Assembly: GCA_035637435.1 (NCBI GenBank)
Contig: DASPXD010000231.1
Span: 49,215 to 113,214, forward strand
Length of the DNA stretch: 64,000 nucleotides
Direction of reading: 5' to 3'
Source of the DNA: Gemmatimonadales bacterium
GTDB taxonomy: Bacteria > Gemmatimonadota > Gemmatimonadetes > Gemmatimonadales > GWC2-71-9
Of the stretch, positions 47,249 to 56,934 are shown one piece after another (position 1 is the first letter of the stretch; the number at the start of each line of letters is the position of its first letter). The notes under the pieces were generated by a model. That model had not been told where the DNA came from. It ran no database searches and saw only the letters and a list, made by a program, of their open reading frames with translations. The translations under genes were made by a program, and so were the position numbers.

Positions 47249-48880
47249 ATGAATCCACGCCTGCTATTACTTCTCGCGGTAGTCTCAGCCTGCGGCCACA
47301 AAGCTGATCTCGTCATCACGGGTGGGAGTGTATGGACTGGTCTCTCTACGGGACGCGGGCGCCCCGGCGCCGTCGCCATCGCCGACGACAAGATCCTCGC
47401 CGTAGGTGACTCGGCCGACATCGCGCGCTATGTCGGTTCCAGGACCGAAGTGCTACGCGCCCATGGCGGCCTCATTCTGCCCGGCTTTGCGGATGGGCAC
47501 ACCCACTTCATCGACGGCGGCTTCCAGCTCGCGTCGATAAATCTCCGCGATGCGGCGACCCCACAAGAATTCGTGCGTCGATTGAAAGAGTACGCGGCGC
47601 ATCTCAAGCCGGGCGAATGGATCACGGGCGGCGACTGGGATCACACGCTGTGGCGCGGCGCACCGCTGCCCCAACACAGCTGGATCGATTCCGTAACGCC
47701 CAATAACCCCGTCTTCGTGAACCGGCTCGACGGGCATGAAGCGTTGGCGAATAGCGCGGCGATGCGTGCGGCCGGCGTCACCAAAGCCACTCCGGCTCCG
47801 CCGGGCGGCGAGATTACAAGCGGAGGAGTCTTCAAGGATCAGGCGATGGGGCTGATCTGGCGCGCCGCGCCCGATCCCTCGCCCGAGCAGCGCGATTCCG
47901 CGCTCGCGCGTGCCCTCGCGCATGCCGCGTCGCTCGGCGTCACCGCGACGGGGCACATGTCCGCGTCGTGGGCCGACCTCGCCACTTACCGGCGGCTGGA
48001 GCACGCGAACCGTCAAACCATCCGCGTGTTCCTCTATTTGCCGCTCGACGATTGGCGCACCGTCGCCGAGAGTGTCGGGCGCGCCGGCACGGCCGACGAC
48101 TGGGTGCGGATCGGCGGCGTGAAGGGTTACATGGATGGCTCCGCCGGATCGCGCACCGCGTATTTCTTCGAGCCGTTCTCTGATTCGGCGAATTACCGCG
48201 GCTTGATGCAGCACCCGGAAGCCGACATGCGGAAATGGATCGGCGCGGCGGATTCAGCCGGATTGCAGATCGCGGTGCATGCGATCGGCGACCGGGCGAA
48301 CGCGATTCTGCTTGCGATCTATGACAGCGTGGCCCGCGCGCATGGCGCCCGCGACCGCCGCTTCCGCGTTGAGCACGCGCAACACCTGCGCGCCGAGGAC
48401 ATTCCGCGCTTCGGCCGGCTGCGCGTGGTGCCGTCGATGCAGCCGTATCACGCGATCGACGATGGTCGCTGGGTCGAGCAGCGCATCGGCCCTGAACGAA
48501 TCAAGACGACGTACGCGTTCCGCACCCTGCTCGACACCGAAGCGCCGCTCGCCTTCGGCTCCGATTGGACCGTCGCGCCGCTCGATCCGATGCTCGGCGT
48601 CTATGCGGCGGTGACCCGGCGGACGCTCGACGACAAGAATCCCAATGGCTGGGTGCCCGAACAGAAGATCACGGTCGGGGAAGCGCTCCGCGCGTACACC
48701 TACGGGAACGCCTGGGCGACCTTCAACGAGCAGAAGTGGGGTACCCTCGCGGCCGGCCGCTTCGCCGACGTCGTCGTCCTGGACCGGGACCCGTTTGCGA
48801 TCCCGCCGGATTCCCTCGGCGCCGTCAAGCCACTCTACACGATCGTGGGGGGGAGAGTGGTCTACCGGAAGCAATTATGA
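47249..48880 (+). CDS. Amidohydrolase family (Amidohydro_3-like) lipoprotein
   Basis: Lipobox LLLAVVSAC, HxH metal motif GFADGHTHF and later VHAIGD. Confidence 0.85.
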   Translation: MNPRLLLLLAVVSACGHKADLVITGGSVWTGLSTGRGRPGAVAIADDKILAVGDSADIARYVGSRTEVLRAHGGLILPGFADGHTHFIDGGFQLASINLRDAATPQEFVRRLKEYAAHLKPGEWITGGDWDHTLWRGAPLPQHSWIDSVTPNNPVFVNRLDGHEALANSAAMRAAGVTKATPAPPGGEITSGGVFKDQAMGLIWRAAPDPSPEQRDSALARALAHAASLGVTATGHMSASWADLATYRRLEHANRQTIRVFLYLPLDDWRTVAESVGRAGTADDWVRIGGVKGYMDGSAGSRTAYFFEPFSDSANYRGLMQHPEADMRKWIGAADSAGLQIAVHAIGDRANAILLAIYDSVARAHGARDRRFRVEHAQHLRAEDIPRFGRLRVVPSMQPYHAIDDGRWVEQRIGPERIKTTYAFRTLLDTEAPLAFGSDWTVAPLDPMLGVYAAVTRRTLDDKNPNGWVPEQKITVGEALRAYTYGNAWATFNEQKWGTLAAGRFADVVVLDRDPFAIPPDSLGAVKPLYTIVGGRVVYRKQL

Positions 48881-48955
48881 CGTTTGGCGCGGGCCGGGAA
48901 GCCGGGGAATAGCAACCAGGATATATTCGCTCAAACACGCCCTCTCCGGAGCGGC

Positions 48956-50146
48956 ATGTTGCGAAGGTTCTCATTCGTTCTATTGGGGCTGTTCACCGCG
49001 GCGGGCCCGGTGCAGGGCCAGCGGCTCGCCGTCCTCGATCGCAAACTGAAGGAAGTGGAAACCTGGGCCCGCGAGGACACGAACGACGCGGAGCGCCAGT
49101 ACTTTCTCGCCATCAGGCACTGGAAGGAACACCACTGGCGGGAGACGGATAGTCTCCTGCGGCTCGCGATCCAGCTCGAGCCGCGCTACGCCGAAGCATA
49201 CCTCGCGTTGTATTACCTCCCCTTCGCTCGCCGGCCGTCACTGCGAGACGAGGAATTGAACGGCCGCGTCCCGGATGCCTGGAAGTCCCCGCTCGAAGAA
49301 GCGAATCGGTTCTATCAACGGGCGTTCCGCACCGACCCGATGGTCGCCTTCAACATCCTCAGCGTCGCTTACGATATCGAGGAACCGCGAGCAATCGATC
49401 TCTCTCCCAGTGAGTATCTCGCGTATCAGCGCTGCTGCGCCTGGGCTGTGGACTTCGGGCTCGGCCGCTACCGCTCCGCCTACGAGCGGCTGAAGGCGCT
49501 CGCCCAGCGGGAATACGACGAGGCGAAGCATCCTGAGCGGGTCCCCGACGGACTCTTGTGGTTTCGCGGGCTTGCCGGCGCGCACACGCTGCAGATCGAC
49601 GCCGCGATCGCCGATTTTCGCGCGCTGCTCGACCGCTCGCTCAAGAAGTTACAGCGCGACGAGATCGTGCACGTGCCGTTGGGGGATAACGAATATCGCT
49701 TCATGCTCGCCGCTCTCCACCATGTTGCCGGCCATACCGACAGCGCCGTCGCGCTGTATCAGGAGGCGCTCGAGCATGATCTGGGGCTCGTGATGGCGCA
49801 CACCTACCTGGCCAGTATTTACGACAAGGCCGGGAGAGCGGAGGACGCCATGTTGGAGCGGCGGCGCGCCGCCGAAGTGAGCAGCGACGATCCTACGGCG
49901 CTGTTCGATCTGGGAATGTCGCTGTTCAATTGGGGGATGACCACGCAGGCTGAAGAGCCCTTGCGCCAGGCGATCGCGCTGAACGCGCGCTACTCGCCGC
50001 CGTACTATCTGCTGGCCCGCGTGGATGAGGAGCTCGGCCGCATCGGCGACGCGCGCGCGCATTACAAGCAGTTTCTGGCGCTCGCGCCGCTGCGGCTGGA
50101 TGACCTGCGTGGCAGTGCCCAGCAACGGCTGGACAACCTGAAGTGA
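48956..50146 (+). CDS. Secreted TPR-repeat protein, paralogue A
   Basis: Signal peptide MLRRFSFVLLGLFTAAGPVQGQ. Colinear with paralogues B and C (LEPRYAEAYLALYYLPFARRPSL, NEYRFMLA, DLGLVMAH). Confidence 0.75.
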   Translation: MLRRFSFVLLGLFTAAGPVQGQRLAVLDRKLKEVETWAREDTNDAERQYFLAIRHWKEHHWRETDSLLRLAIQLEPRYAEAYLALYYLPFARRPSLRDEELNGRVPDAWKSPLEEANRFYQRAFRTDPMVAFNILSVAYDIEEPRAIDLSPSEYLAYQRCCAWAVDFGLGRYRSAYERLKALAQREYDEAKHPERVPDGLLWFRGLAGAHTLQIDAAIADFRALLDRSLKKLQRDEIVHVPLGDNEYRFMLAALHHVAGHTDSAVALYQEALEHDLGLVMAHTYLASIYDKAGRAEDAMLERRRAAEVSSDDPTALFDLGMSLFNWGMTTQAEEPLRQAIALNARYSPPYYLLARVDEELGRIGDARAHYKQFLALAPLRLDDLRGSAQQRLDNLK

Positions 50147-50148
50147 GC

Positions 50149-50628
50149 TCAACCGGAGTACTTGAACCCTGCTTCTTGCAAGGTGAGCGGCTCGCCCTCG
50201 TGCTCGACGCCCGCGGCGACCACTTCGCCGAGCACGAGCGTGTGATCGCCGGAGGGCAGCGTCGCGACGACCCGGCACTCGACCCAGCCGAGGGCGTCCG
50301 TCAGCACGGGCACACCTGACACCGGCGCCGGCTTGGTCTTGATGCCCTTGAGTTTTTGTGGCGCCTGCTCAGAGCTGCGTCCCAGCTTGCCGGCGAGGTC
50401 GCGTTGCCCGGTCAGCAGGAGATTGATGGCACAATGGCGGGAATCGCGAATCAGGCCGATGGTCTTGGACGTGTTTTCGATCGCGACCACGATCATCGGC
50501 GGCTCGAAGGAGGCCTGCGTGAGCCAGTTCGCGGTCATGCCGTGCCCGTCGCCGTCGTGGGCGACGGTCACAACGTACAGGCCATAGGGAAAGTGGCGGA
50601 GAATGGCCTTCTTGGCGGCCTCGTCCAT
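50149..50628 (-). CDS. Flavin reductase family protein
   Basis: 159 aa with HFPYGLYVVTV and a flavin-reductase-like fold pattern. Confidence 0.85.
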   Translation of the reverse strand: MDEAAKKAILRHFPYGLYVVTVAHDGDGHGMTANWLTQASFEPPMIVVAIENTSKTIGLIRDSRHCAINLLLTGQRDLAGKLGRSSEQAPQKLKGIKTKPAPVSGVPVLTDALGWVECRVVATLPSGDHTLVLGEVVAAGVEHEGEPLTLQEAGFKYSG

Positions 50629-50673
50629 GGACGGAAGTTACTTCTATTTGCTCGACCGTGCGGTCAGATTTCC

Positions 50674-52968
50674 GTGACCGTGCCTCTGCTCGCGCTGTTC
50701 TCCGCCGTTGCGCTGCTGCGTGCCGATACCAGCACATCCAACGATTACATCGATCGGTATCGGGAGATCAATGGACTCGCGCCATTGCCGGAACAGATCG
50801 CGGCAGTGACCAACTTCGTGCTGCGGCGCGGTGGTGCAGAGATCGTTCTGTCGCAGGGCACCTTGTACCTGCTGTCACCCGTCGGCGGGCGCACCGTGGG
50901 CGCCGTGTTTCGCGGCGCCGGCCGCATCACGTTGCATCCCCCGCATCCCGCCGAGCAAGAGGCGCTGCGCCGGCTCGTTGGGTCGGCCGCGCTGAATGAC
51001 AGCGTCGACGAAGTCATCCTGATCTTCTCCGACTCCACGGCGAATCAGCTGCGCAGTCTCACGTTCGCAGCGGGGGACGTGCCGGGGGACGTGCGGGGCG
51101 ACGTCCGCGATTTCATCGGCAGCCTGCGGGGACGAAAGGACAACACCTTCAACGCCAGCGTGCTGCGCTCACTGTTGAACGATGAGTCCGACGGGTTTTT
51201 CATGGCGCACGTGCGGCGCGTGCACGGTACACCGCTGATTCTCCAGATCGATCCCGCGATCGTGGAGTCGGTGCAACTCCTCAAACCCGCGTCGGGCCTG
51301 ATCCGGTTCACCAACTGGTCGCTCGTCACGCAGTTCGCGCCGACTGGCTCGCCGGGTGAGGCTCCCATGTATTTCCGCCAGCGCGTGGCGACGCCTCGCT
51401 ACCAAATCGAGACCTGGCTCAAGCCGACGCCCGGGATGGATCTCGACTTCTCGGCGGTCGCCCGCGTCACACTCGCGGCGCGCGAACCCACCGGCCCATG
51501 GCTCTACTTCGGTCTGCACCCCCGGTTGCTGATCGACTCCGCGCGCTGGGGCGATGGCACTGTCGCGGCGACATTCAAAGCGAAGGACGACGATGATCTG
51601 TGGGTGCGCGCGCCTCGTCGCCTGATGCCGGGCGACACGATGGTGTTGTCCGTGTCCTATCACGGCAACCTCATCGATCGCTATGACAACTTCTTCTACA
51701 TCGATCCGGGCGCGGACTGGTTCCCATCGAACCGCCAGGGTGATGACGCGGCGCTCTACGACCTATCATTCCACAGCCCCGGGTGGTATCCGATCGCCAG
51801 CGTCGGCGCGCGGACCGATTCGTCGCTCGCTGGCAAGGTTATGACCACGCGCTGGGTCACCAAGCTCCCGTCGCCGTCCGCCACGTTCAATCTGGGACTC
51901 TTCAAGGTCAGTCACGTGCAGTTCGAAGGGGCGCCCGCCCTCGACGTCATGATGTCCGAGGAAGCCCATCGGGCCTTCCGAAATCAGATGGAAGCAGCGG
52001 GCTACATCGTCACCGCGCAGCCGCGGATGTCGGAGACCGTGGCGGCCGACGTGTCCAACAGCCTCAAATGGTTCACCAACGCCTTCGGACCGCCGCTGTT
52101 CGACCACTTCTACGTTACGGAGATCCCGTATTTCGAAGGCGTTTCCTTCCCCGGACTCATCGACCTGTCCTGGACGACGTTCCAGTACACGCGGCTCGAT
52201 GGCTTCGATGAGTTCTTTCGCGCCCACGAGGTCGCCCATCAATGGTGGTTCAACGGCGTGCGTCCCGCGACGTATCGCGACGTCTGGCTGAGTGAGGGCA
52301 TCGCCACGTTCTGCGGTCTGTGGTATCTGCAAGGCGTCCGCAAAGGCAACAAGGAGTACTTCCGCTTCCTCGATGAGTACTTCCGTAACATCAAAGATCT
52401 CAAAGATCGCACCGGTGCGACGTGGCTCGGTTACCGCAACGCTTCGCGCGAGGCGGACTACGGATACCAGGCGCTCATCTACGAGAAGGGCGCGTGGGTG
52501 ATGCACATGCTGCGCATGCTGATGCTCGATCTGAACACCGCCAAGGACGACCGCTTCAGCGCCATGATGCGGGACTTTCACGATACCTTCGCCGGCGCCA
52601 GCGCCACGACGGACGATTTTCGCGCGGTCGTCGAAAAGCACGTCGGTATGCCGATGGACTGGTTCTTCGATCAGTGGGTGAAAGGAAACGCGATCCCCAC
52701 CTACCATGTCGCCTGGACCAACGAGACCACGCCGGAGGGTCGGTCACGGGTGCGCTTGCGGGTCACGCAGGAGAATGTCCCGCCCGAATTCCAAGCCTGG
52801 GTGCTGGTCTCCGCCGATCTGGGCCAGAGCCGTTTTGCCAACTTCCGGATAAAGGTCAGTGGCGCTCAGACCGAATACACGGGCCCGCTGCTTCCCAACG
52901 CCGCCAAATCGATCACGTTCAACGAGCTGCATAGCGTGCTTGCCGACGTGAAAATGGAGAGCTGGTGA
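50674..52968 (+). CDS. M1 family metallopeptidase (aminopeptidase N-like), secreted
   Basis: HEVAHQWWFNGV-x-WLSEG fits HExxH-X18-E. Start tentatively the GTG at 50674; the 870-aa ORF-track call overlaps the flavin reductase gene. Confidence 0.85.
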   Translation: MTVPLLALFSAVALLRADTSTSNDYIDRYREINGLAPLPEQIAAVTNFVLRRGGAEIVLSQGTLYLLSPVGGRTVGAVFRGAGRITLHPPHPAEQEALRRLVGSAALNDSVDEVILIFSDSTANQLRSLTFAAGDVPGDVRGDVRDFIGSLRGRKDNTFNASVLRSLLNDESDGFFMAHVRRVHGTPLILQIDPAIVESVQLLKPASGLIRFTNWSLVTQFAPTGSPGEAPMYFRQRVATPRYQIETWLKPTPGMDLDFSAVARVTLAAREPTGPWLYFGLHPRLLIDSARWGDGTVAATFKAKDDDDLWVRAPRRLMPGDTMVLSVSYHGNLIDRYDNFFYIDPGADWFPSNRQGDDAALYDLSFHSPGWYPIASVGARTDSSLAGKVMTTRWVTKLPSPSATFNLGLFKVSHVQFEGAPALDVMMSEEAHRAFRNQMEAAGYIVTAQPRMSETVAADVSNSLKWFTNAFGPPLFDHFYVTEIPYFEGVSFPGLIDLSWTTFQYTRLDGFDEFFRAHEVAHQWWFNGVRPATYRDVWLSEGIATFCGLWYLQGVRKGNKEYFRFLDEYFRNIKDLKDRTGATWLGYRNASREADYGYQALIYEKGAWVMHMLRMLMLDLNTAKDDRFSAMMRDFHDTFAGASATTDDFRAVVEKHVGMPMDWFFDQWVKGNAIPTYHVAWTNETTPEGRSRVRLRVTQENVPPEFQAWVLVSADLGQSRFANFRIKVSGAQTEYTGPLLPNAAKSITFNELHSVLADVKMESW

Positions 52969-54152
52969 TGATCGGACGCTGTCTTGTCCTGCTGACTGCG
53001 AGCGTCGTTCCCATCGCCTCCGCCCAGCAGCCGCGCGCCCAGCCGCCCCGTCTCGAAGAGCTCGAGGCGCGCGCACGCCAGGATTCGCTCGACCCCGAGG
53101 CGCATTTCCGCCTCGCGGCGCGCTATTACACGCTCAAGCGCTTCGCCGATGAAGAGCGTGAGCTGCGCGCCACGATCGCGATCGATCCCCGCTACGCCCC
53201 CGCCTACCTCTGGCTCGGTTACCTGCCCTTCGACCGGCGGCCGAAGCTGTGGGCGGAGTATCGGAAGGACAAGATTCCCGCGGAATTGCAACCGGCGGTC
53301 GAGGAGTCGTTCCGCCTGTGGCAGCAGGCGGTGCTCATCGATCCCATGGTCGACTTTCGTGTCCAGGGAACGACCGCTCCGCCGGAGGACATGATGGTGA
53401 TCCCCGAGTACGGCGGGATCACGACCGATTACCTCCTGTGGCTCGGCCTCGGCGCCTTCGGCGTCGCGCGCTACGAGCTCGCGTACAGCGGCCTCGATCT
53501 CTGGGCGCAGCGCACCTACGCGAACGAGCCGCAGGATTCGATTCCCGATTTCCTCTTCCTGTATCGCGGACTCGCCGCCGGTCATCTCAAGGCATACAAC
53601 AAGGCGATCGCGGACATCCAGGTGCTGTATGCGAGGTCACTGCAAGCGGAGCGGACCGACTCGCTGCTCCCCTTCCCCCTCGAGACGAACGACTATCGCT
53701 ACATCCTCGCCGTGCTGAACCAGTCGTGGGGCAAGTCGGCGGATGCCATTCGGCTGTTCGAAGAGGTACTCGCGAGCGATCTCGGCCTCTACATGGCGCA
53801 TGTCCGCATGGCGCAGATCTATCGCGCCCACAAGATGTGGGGCCAGAGCATCGCGGAAGCGCGGCGCGCCATCGAGACGAATCCGAATGACCCCACCTCC
53901 ATCAGGGAATTGGGCGTCATTCTCGACGAAGCGGGTCAGGCCGCCGAAGCGGCCACCACGCTGCGGCAGGCGGCCAATGCCAATCCGCGCGACCCGCGCA
54001 CGCTGTATCACCTCGGCGTCGTCCAGCACGAGCTGGCCCAGCCCGCCGAGGCCCGCGAGACACTGGGTCGTTTCATCGCTATCGCGCCGGTGGGCCGGTA
54101 CGAACAGGAGCTTGCCGACGCGAAGCAACGCCTGGCGGCGCTGCCGCAATAG
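52965..54152 (+). CDS. Secreted TPR-repeat protein, paralogue B
   Basis: Signal-like MMIGRCLVLLTASVVPIASAQQ. Motifs IDPRYAPAYLWLGYLPFDRRPKL, NDYRYILA, DLGLYMAHV, ANPRDPR. Start overlaps the M1 stop. Confidence 0.8.
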   Translation: MMIGRCLVLLTASVVPIASAQQPRAQPPRLEELEARARQDSLDPEAHFRLAARYYTLKRFADEERELRATIAIDPRYAPAYLWLGYLPFDRRPKLWAEYRKDKIPAELQPAVEESFRLWQQAVLIDPMVDFRVQGTTAPPEDMMVIPEYGGITTDYLLWLGLGAFGVARYELAYSGLDLWAQRTYANEPQDSIPDFLFLYRGLAAGHLKAYNKAIADIQVLYARSLQAERTDSLLPFPLETNDYRYILAVLNQSWGKSADAIRLFEEVLASDLGLYMAHVRMAQIYRAHKMWGQSIAEARRAIETNPNDPTSIRELGVILDEAGQAAEAATTLRQAANANPRDPRTLYHLGVVQHELAQPAEARETLGRFIAIAPVGRYEQELADAKQRLAALPQ

Positions 54153-54177
54153 CCTGCGAGGGAGGAAGGGGGGCGCG

Positions 54178-55362
54178 ATGTATCGGTTCGTGGTTGTCGT
54201 GACTGTCCTCGGGCTCGGCATGGGAGCCGGGACCGCCCGGGCGCAATTCCGGCTGCCGATGAAGCTCGAAGAGCTCGAGCGCCGCGTGCACGCCGATTCC
54301 AATGACCCGGCCGCGCACTTCAACGTGGCGCTGGCGTACTGGAATGCGAAACGCTGGCAGGACGCGGATCACGCGTTGCGCACCGCCATCATGCTGGATC
54401 CGCGGTTCGCGCCCGCCTACGTCGCGTTGAATTACCTGCCCTTCGCGCAGCGCCCGAGCTTGTGGGATGAAGTCCGCGAGAACCGAGTTCCGGACGAGTG
54501 GAAGGCGCGCATGGAGGAGTCGGACCAGTTCTTCCGCCATGCCTACATGATCGACCCCTTCGTGGAGTTGCGCAGTGGTGACGTCGTGCAGCCGCGGTCC
54601 GCGCCGTATCTGGAAGCGCTGCAGATGATTTATGGCGAGTACGTACGTGATTACTTCGATGGGTTGGACATGTACTTCCAGGCGAAGTACCAGGATTCGT
54701 ATGATCGCTTCACCCGCGTCATCAACTATCTCGACGGTGATCGCCATCCCGACCGAGTTCCGAGCAACGTCTTCTGGTGGCACGGCCTCGCGTCGGCGCG
54801 GGTGGAGAAGTGGCCCGATGCCATCGCCGATTTCGACAGGCTGGTTGATCGGTCGCTGGAGCCCACTAAGCGTGATTCGCTGGTGCATTTTCCGCTGCGC
54901 ACCAACGAGTTCCGCTACATCCTGGCGTACGTCAAACAACGCTCGGGCGCCGTGAACGAAGCGATCGACCTGTATCGCGAGGCGCTGACGAACGACATCG
55001 GCTTGTACATGGCGCACGTCCGGCTCGCCGAGATTTACGAGACGGCCCAGATGTTTCCCCAGGCGATCACCTCCCGGCGGAACGCCGTGAACGCCAATCC
55101 CGACGACGAATCGCTGCTCCTCGACCTGGGGAAGACACTCGTGAATGCCGGCCAGTCACAGGAAGCCGTTACCGCGCTGCGGCAGGCGAATACGGCGAAC
55201 CCCCGCGATCCCCGCCCACCGTTCTTTCTCGGTTTGGTGCTCGAGCAGCTGGGCCGGAAGGACGACGCGCGGGCCGCCTTTACGCAGTTCACCTCTCTTG
55301 CTCCGAGCCGGTATGATCGCCAGATCACGATCGCCAAGCAGCATCTCGCGGCGCTGCAGTAG
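54178..55362 (+). CDS. Secreted TPR-repeat protein, paralogue C
   Basis: Signal peptide MYRFVVVVTVLGLGMGAGTARAQ. Motifs LDPRFAPAYVALNYLPFAQRPSL, NEFRYILA, DIGLYMAHV, ANPRDPR. RBS GGGAGGAAGG. The 539-aa ORF-track call is an extension. Confidence 0.8.
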   Translation: MYRFVVVVTVLGLGMGAGTARAQFRLPMKLEELERRVHADSNDPAAHFNVALAYWNAKRWQDADHALRTAIMLDPRFAPAYVALNYLPFAQRPSLWDEVRENRVPDEWKARMEESDQFFRHAYMIDPFVELRSGDVVQPRSAPYLEALQMIYGEYVRDYFDGLDMYFQAKYQDSYDRFTRVINYLDGDRHPDRVPSNVFWWHGLASARVEKWPDAIADFDRLVDRSLEPTKRDSLVHFPLRTNEFRYILAYVKQRSGAVNEAIDLYREALTNDIGLYMAHVRLAEIYETAQMFPQAITSRRNAVNANPDDESLLLDLGKTLVNAGQSQEAVTALRQANTANPRDPRPPFFLGLVLEQLGRKDDARAAFTQFTSLAPSRYDRQITIAKQHLAALQ

Positions 55363-56920
55363 CGTTCTCTGCGCACTCGCGACGGCCGCCCTGATCGCGA
55401 GTGCCCCGTGCCCGGCCGCGGCGCAGACGCGGGCCGCGTACGAGGAGCTGCAGACCTTCTCCGGCGTCCTGAACCACATCCGGCTCAATTACCCAGACTC
55501 GGTCGGCTACACGGAGCTGGTCGCGGCGGCGATCCGCGGCGTGCTGCGAGCGCTCGATCCGCACAGCCACTACGAATCGCGCCTGGAATGGCAGAGGCAA
55601 AACGCGCTGGAACGGGGCGAGTTGCTCACCGTTGGGGTCTCCCTGGAAGAGGTCGAGGGCGCCGCGACCGTCCTGGCGATCGCACCGAAGAGCCCCGCCG
55701 CCAAGGGCGGGATACTCCCGGGCGATCGGATTCTCACGATGAACGACACGTCGGTGGCCGGCCTCGACATGGCGACACTCGCCCTGCGGCTCGCCGGCGA
55801 GAAGGGCTCCAAGGTGCGGCTGCGGCTCGAGCGTGGCCCGCGCCTCGAGCCCGACACGTTCAGCGTGACGCTCAAACGCAACCCGTTCGACGTGCGTTCG
55901 GTCTCCATCGTCCGCATGGTCGATTCGGTGACCGGGTACCTGCGGCTGGAGGAGTTCGCCCCCACCGCGGCGGACGACGTGCACAACGGCATGAAGCAGC
56001 TGCGCAGCATGCATGCGCAGCGCGTGATCCTCGACTTGCGCGCCAACCCCGGCGGCATCGTCGTCTCCGCCGTGGAGATCGCGAGCGAGTTCCTGCCCAA
56101 GAACGCCGTGGTGTTTCGCACGCGCGGCCGCAAACGCGATACCGATACGACCTTCGTCACCAAGCGTGACGGCGAATTCCGCGAGATCCCGCTCGTGGTG
56201 CTGATCGATGAGCGCAGCGCGAGCGCGGCGGAAGCGCTCGCCAGCTCGCTGCAGGACCATGACCGGGCCGTGCTGGTCGGACGCCGCAGCTTCGGCAAGG
56301 CGCTGATGCAGTCGATCTTCTTTCTCCCGTCGGGCGACATCGTGTGGCTGACCGTCGGCCGGGTGATCACGCCGAGCGGGCGCGTCATTCAGCGGCGCTA
56401 TCACGGCATCGGCTACGAGCAGTACCTGAGCTTTGCGGGACGATCCGGTGCCGAGGAAGACACGCTCGCCGTGTTCAAGACCGACGCGGGACGCGCCGTC
56501 CGCGGTGGCGGCGGCATCGTGCCCGACATCGTCGTGCCGATCATCGCGCCGCTGCCGGTCTGGTGGAGCGCGGCCGCCGATTCGGGATTCGACGACGCGG
56601 TGTCGGATAGCGTCGCGCAAACGCTGCCGGCGACGCCAGCCGCGCGCACCGCGTGGCTGACCGCGGAAACCGAATGGCGAGCGAAGTTACTACCACCGTT
56701 CCTGTCGCGCGTGCGCACGCGCCTCGGCGTGAGCGCAGTGACCGACAGCCTGCTGGATCAGCGCCTGGCGCGGATTCTTGCCGCCCGCGCGGCGGAGGTG
56801 CGCTGGGGTCCCGAAGCTCGCGAGGCGTTCGTGCTGCGCAACGACCGGACGATCCGCGTCGCCACCGAGCAATTCCCCCGGCTGCGCGAGTTATTGGCCG
56901 CACCGAAGGCACCGAACTAG
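55313..56920 (+). CDS. S41 family C-terminal processing (tail-specific) peptidase with PDZ domain
   Basis: PDZ-like [21 protein letters not shown]. Catalytic contexts [12 protein letters not shown] and [10 protein letters not shown]. Start tentatively the ATG at 55313, giving a signal peptide ...[13 protein letters not shown]. Confidence 0.83.
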   Translation: MIARSRSPSSISRRCSSVLCALATAALIASAPCPAAAQTRAAYEELQTFSGVLNHIRLNYPDSVGYTELVAAAIRGVLRALDPHSHYESRLEWQRQNALERGELLTVGVSLEEVEGAATVLAIAPKSPAAKGGILPGDRILTMNDTSVAGLDMATLALRLAGEKGSKVRLRLERGPRLEPDTFSVTLKRNPFDVRSVSIVRMVDSVTGYLRLEEFAPTAADDVHNGMKQLRSMHAQRVILDLRANPGGIVVSAVEIASEFLPKNAVVFRTRGRKRDTDTTFVTKRDGEFREIPLVVLIDERSASAAEALASSLQDHDRAVLVGRRSFGKALMQSIFFLPSGDIVWLTVGRVITPSGRVIQRRYHGIGYEQYLSFAGRSGAEEDTLAVFKTDAGRAVRGGGGIVPDIVVPIIAPLPVWWSAAADSGFDDAVSDSVAQTLPATPAARTAWLTAETEWRAKLLPPFLSRVRTRLGVSAVTDSLLDQRLARILAARAAEVRWGPEAREAFVLRNDRTIRVATEQFPRLRELLAAPKAPN

Positions 56921-56934
56921 GCTATTTTTGGGGC

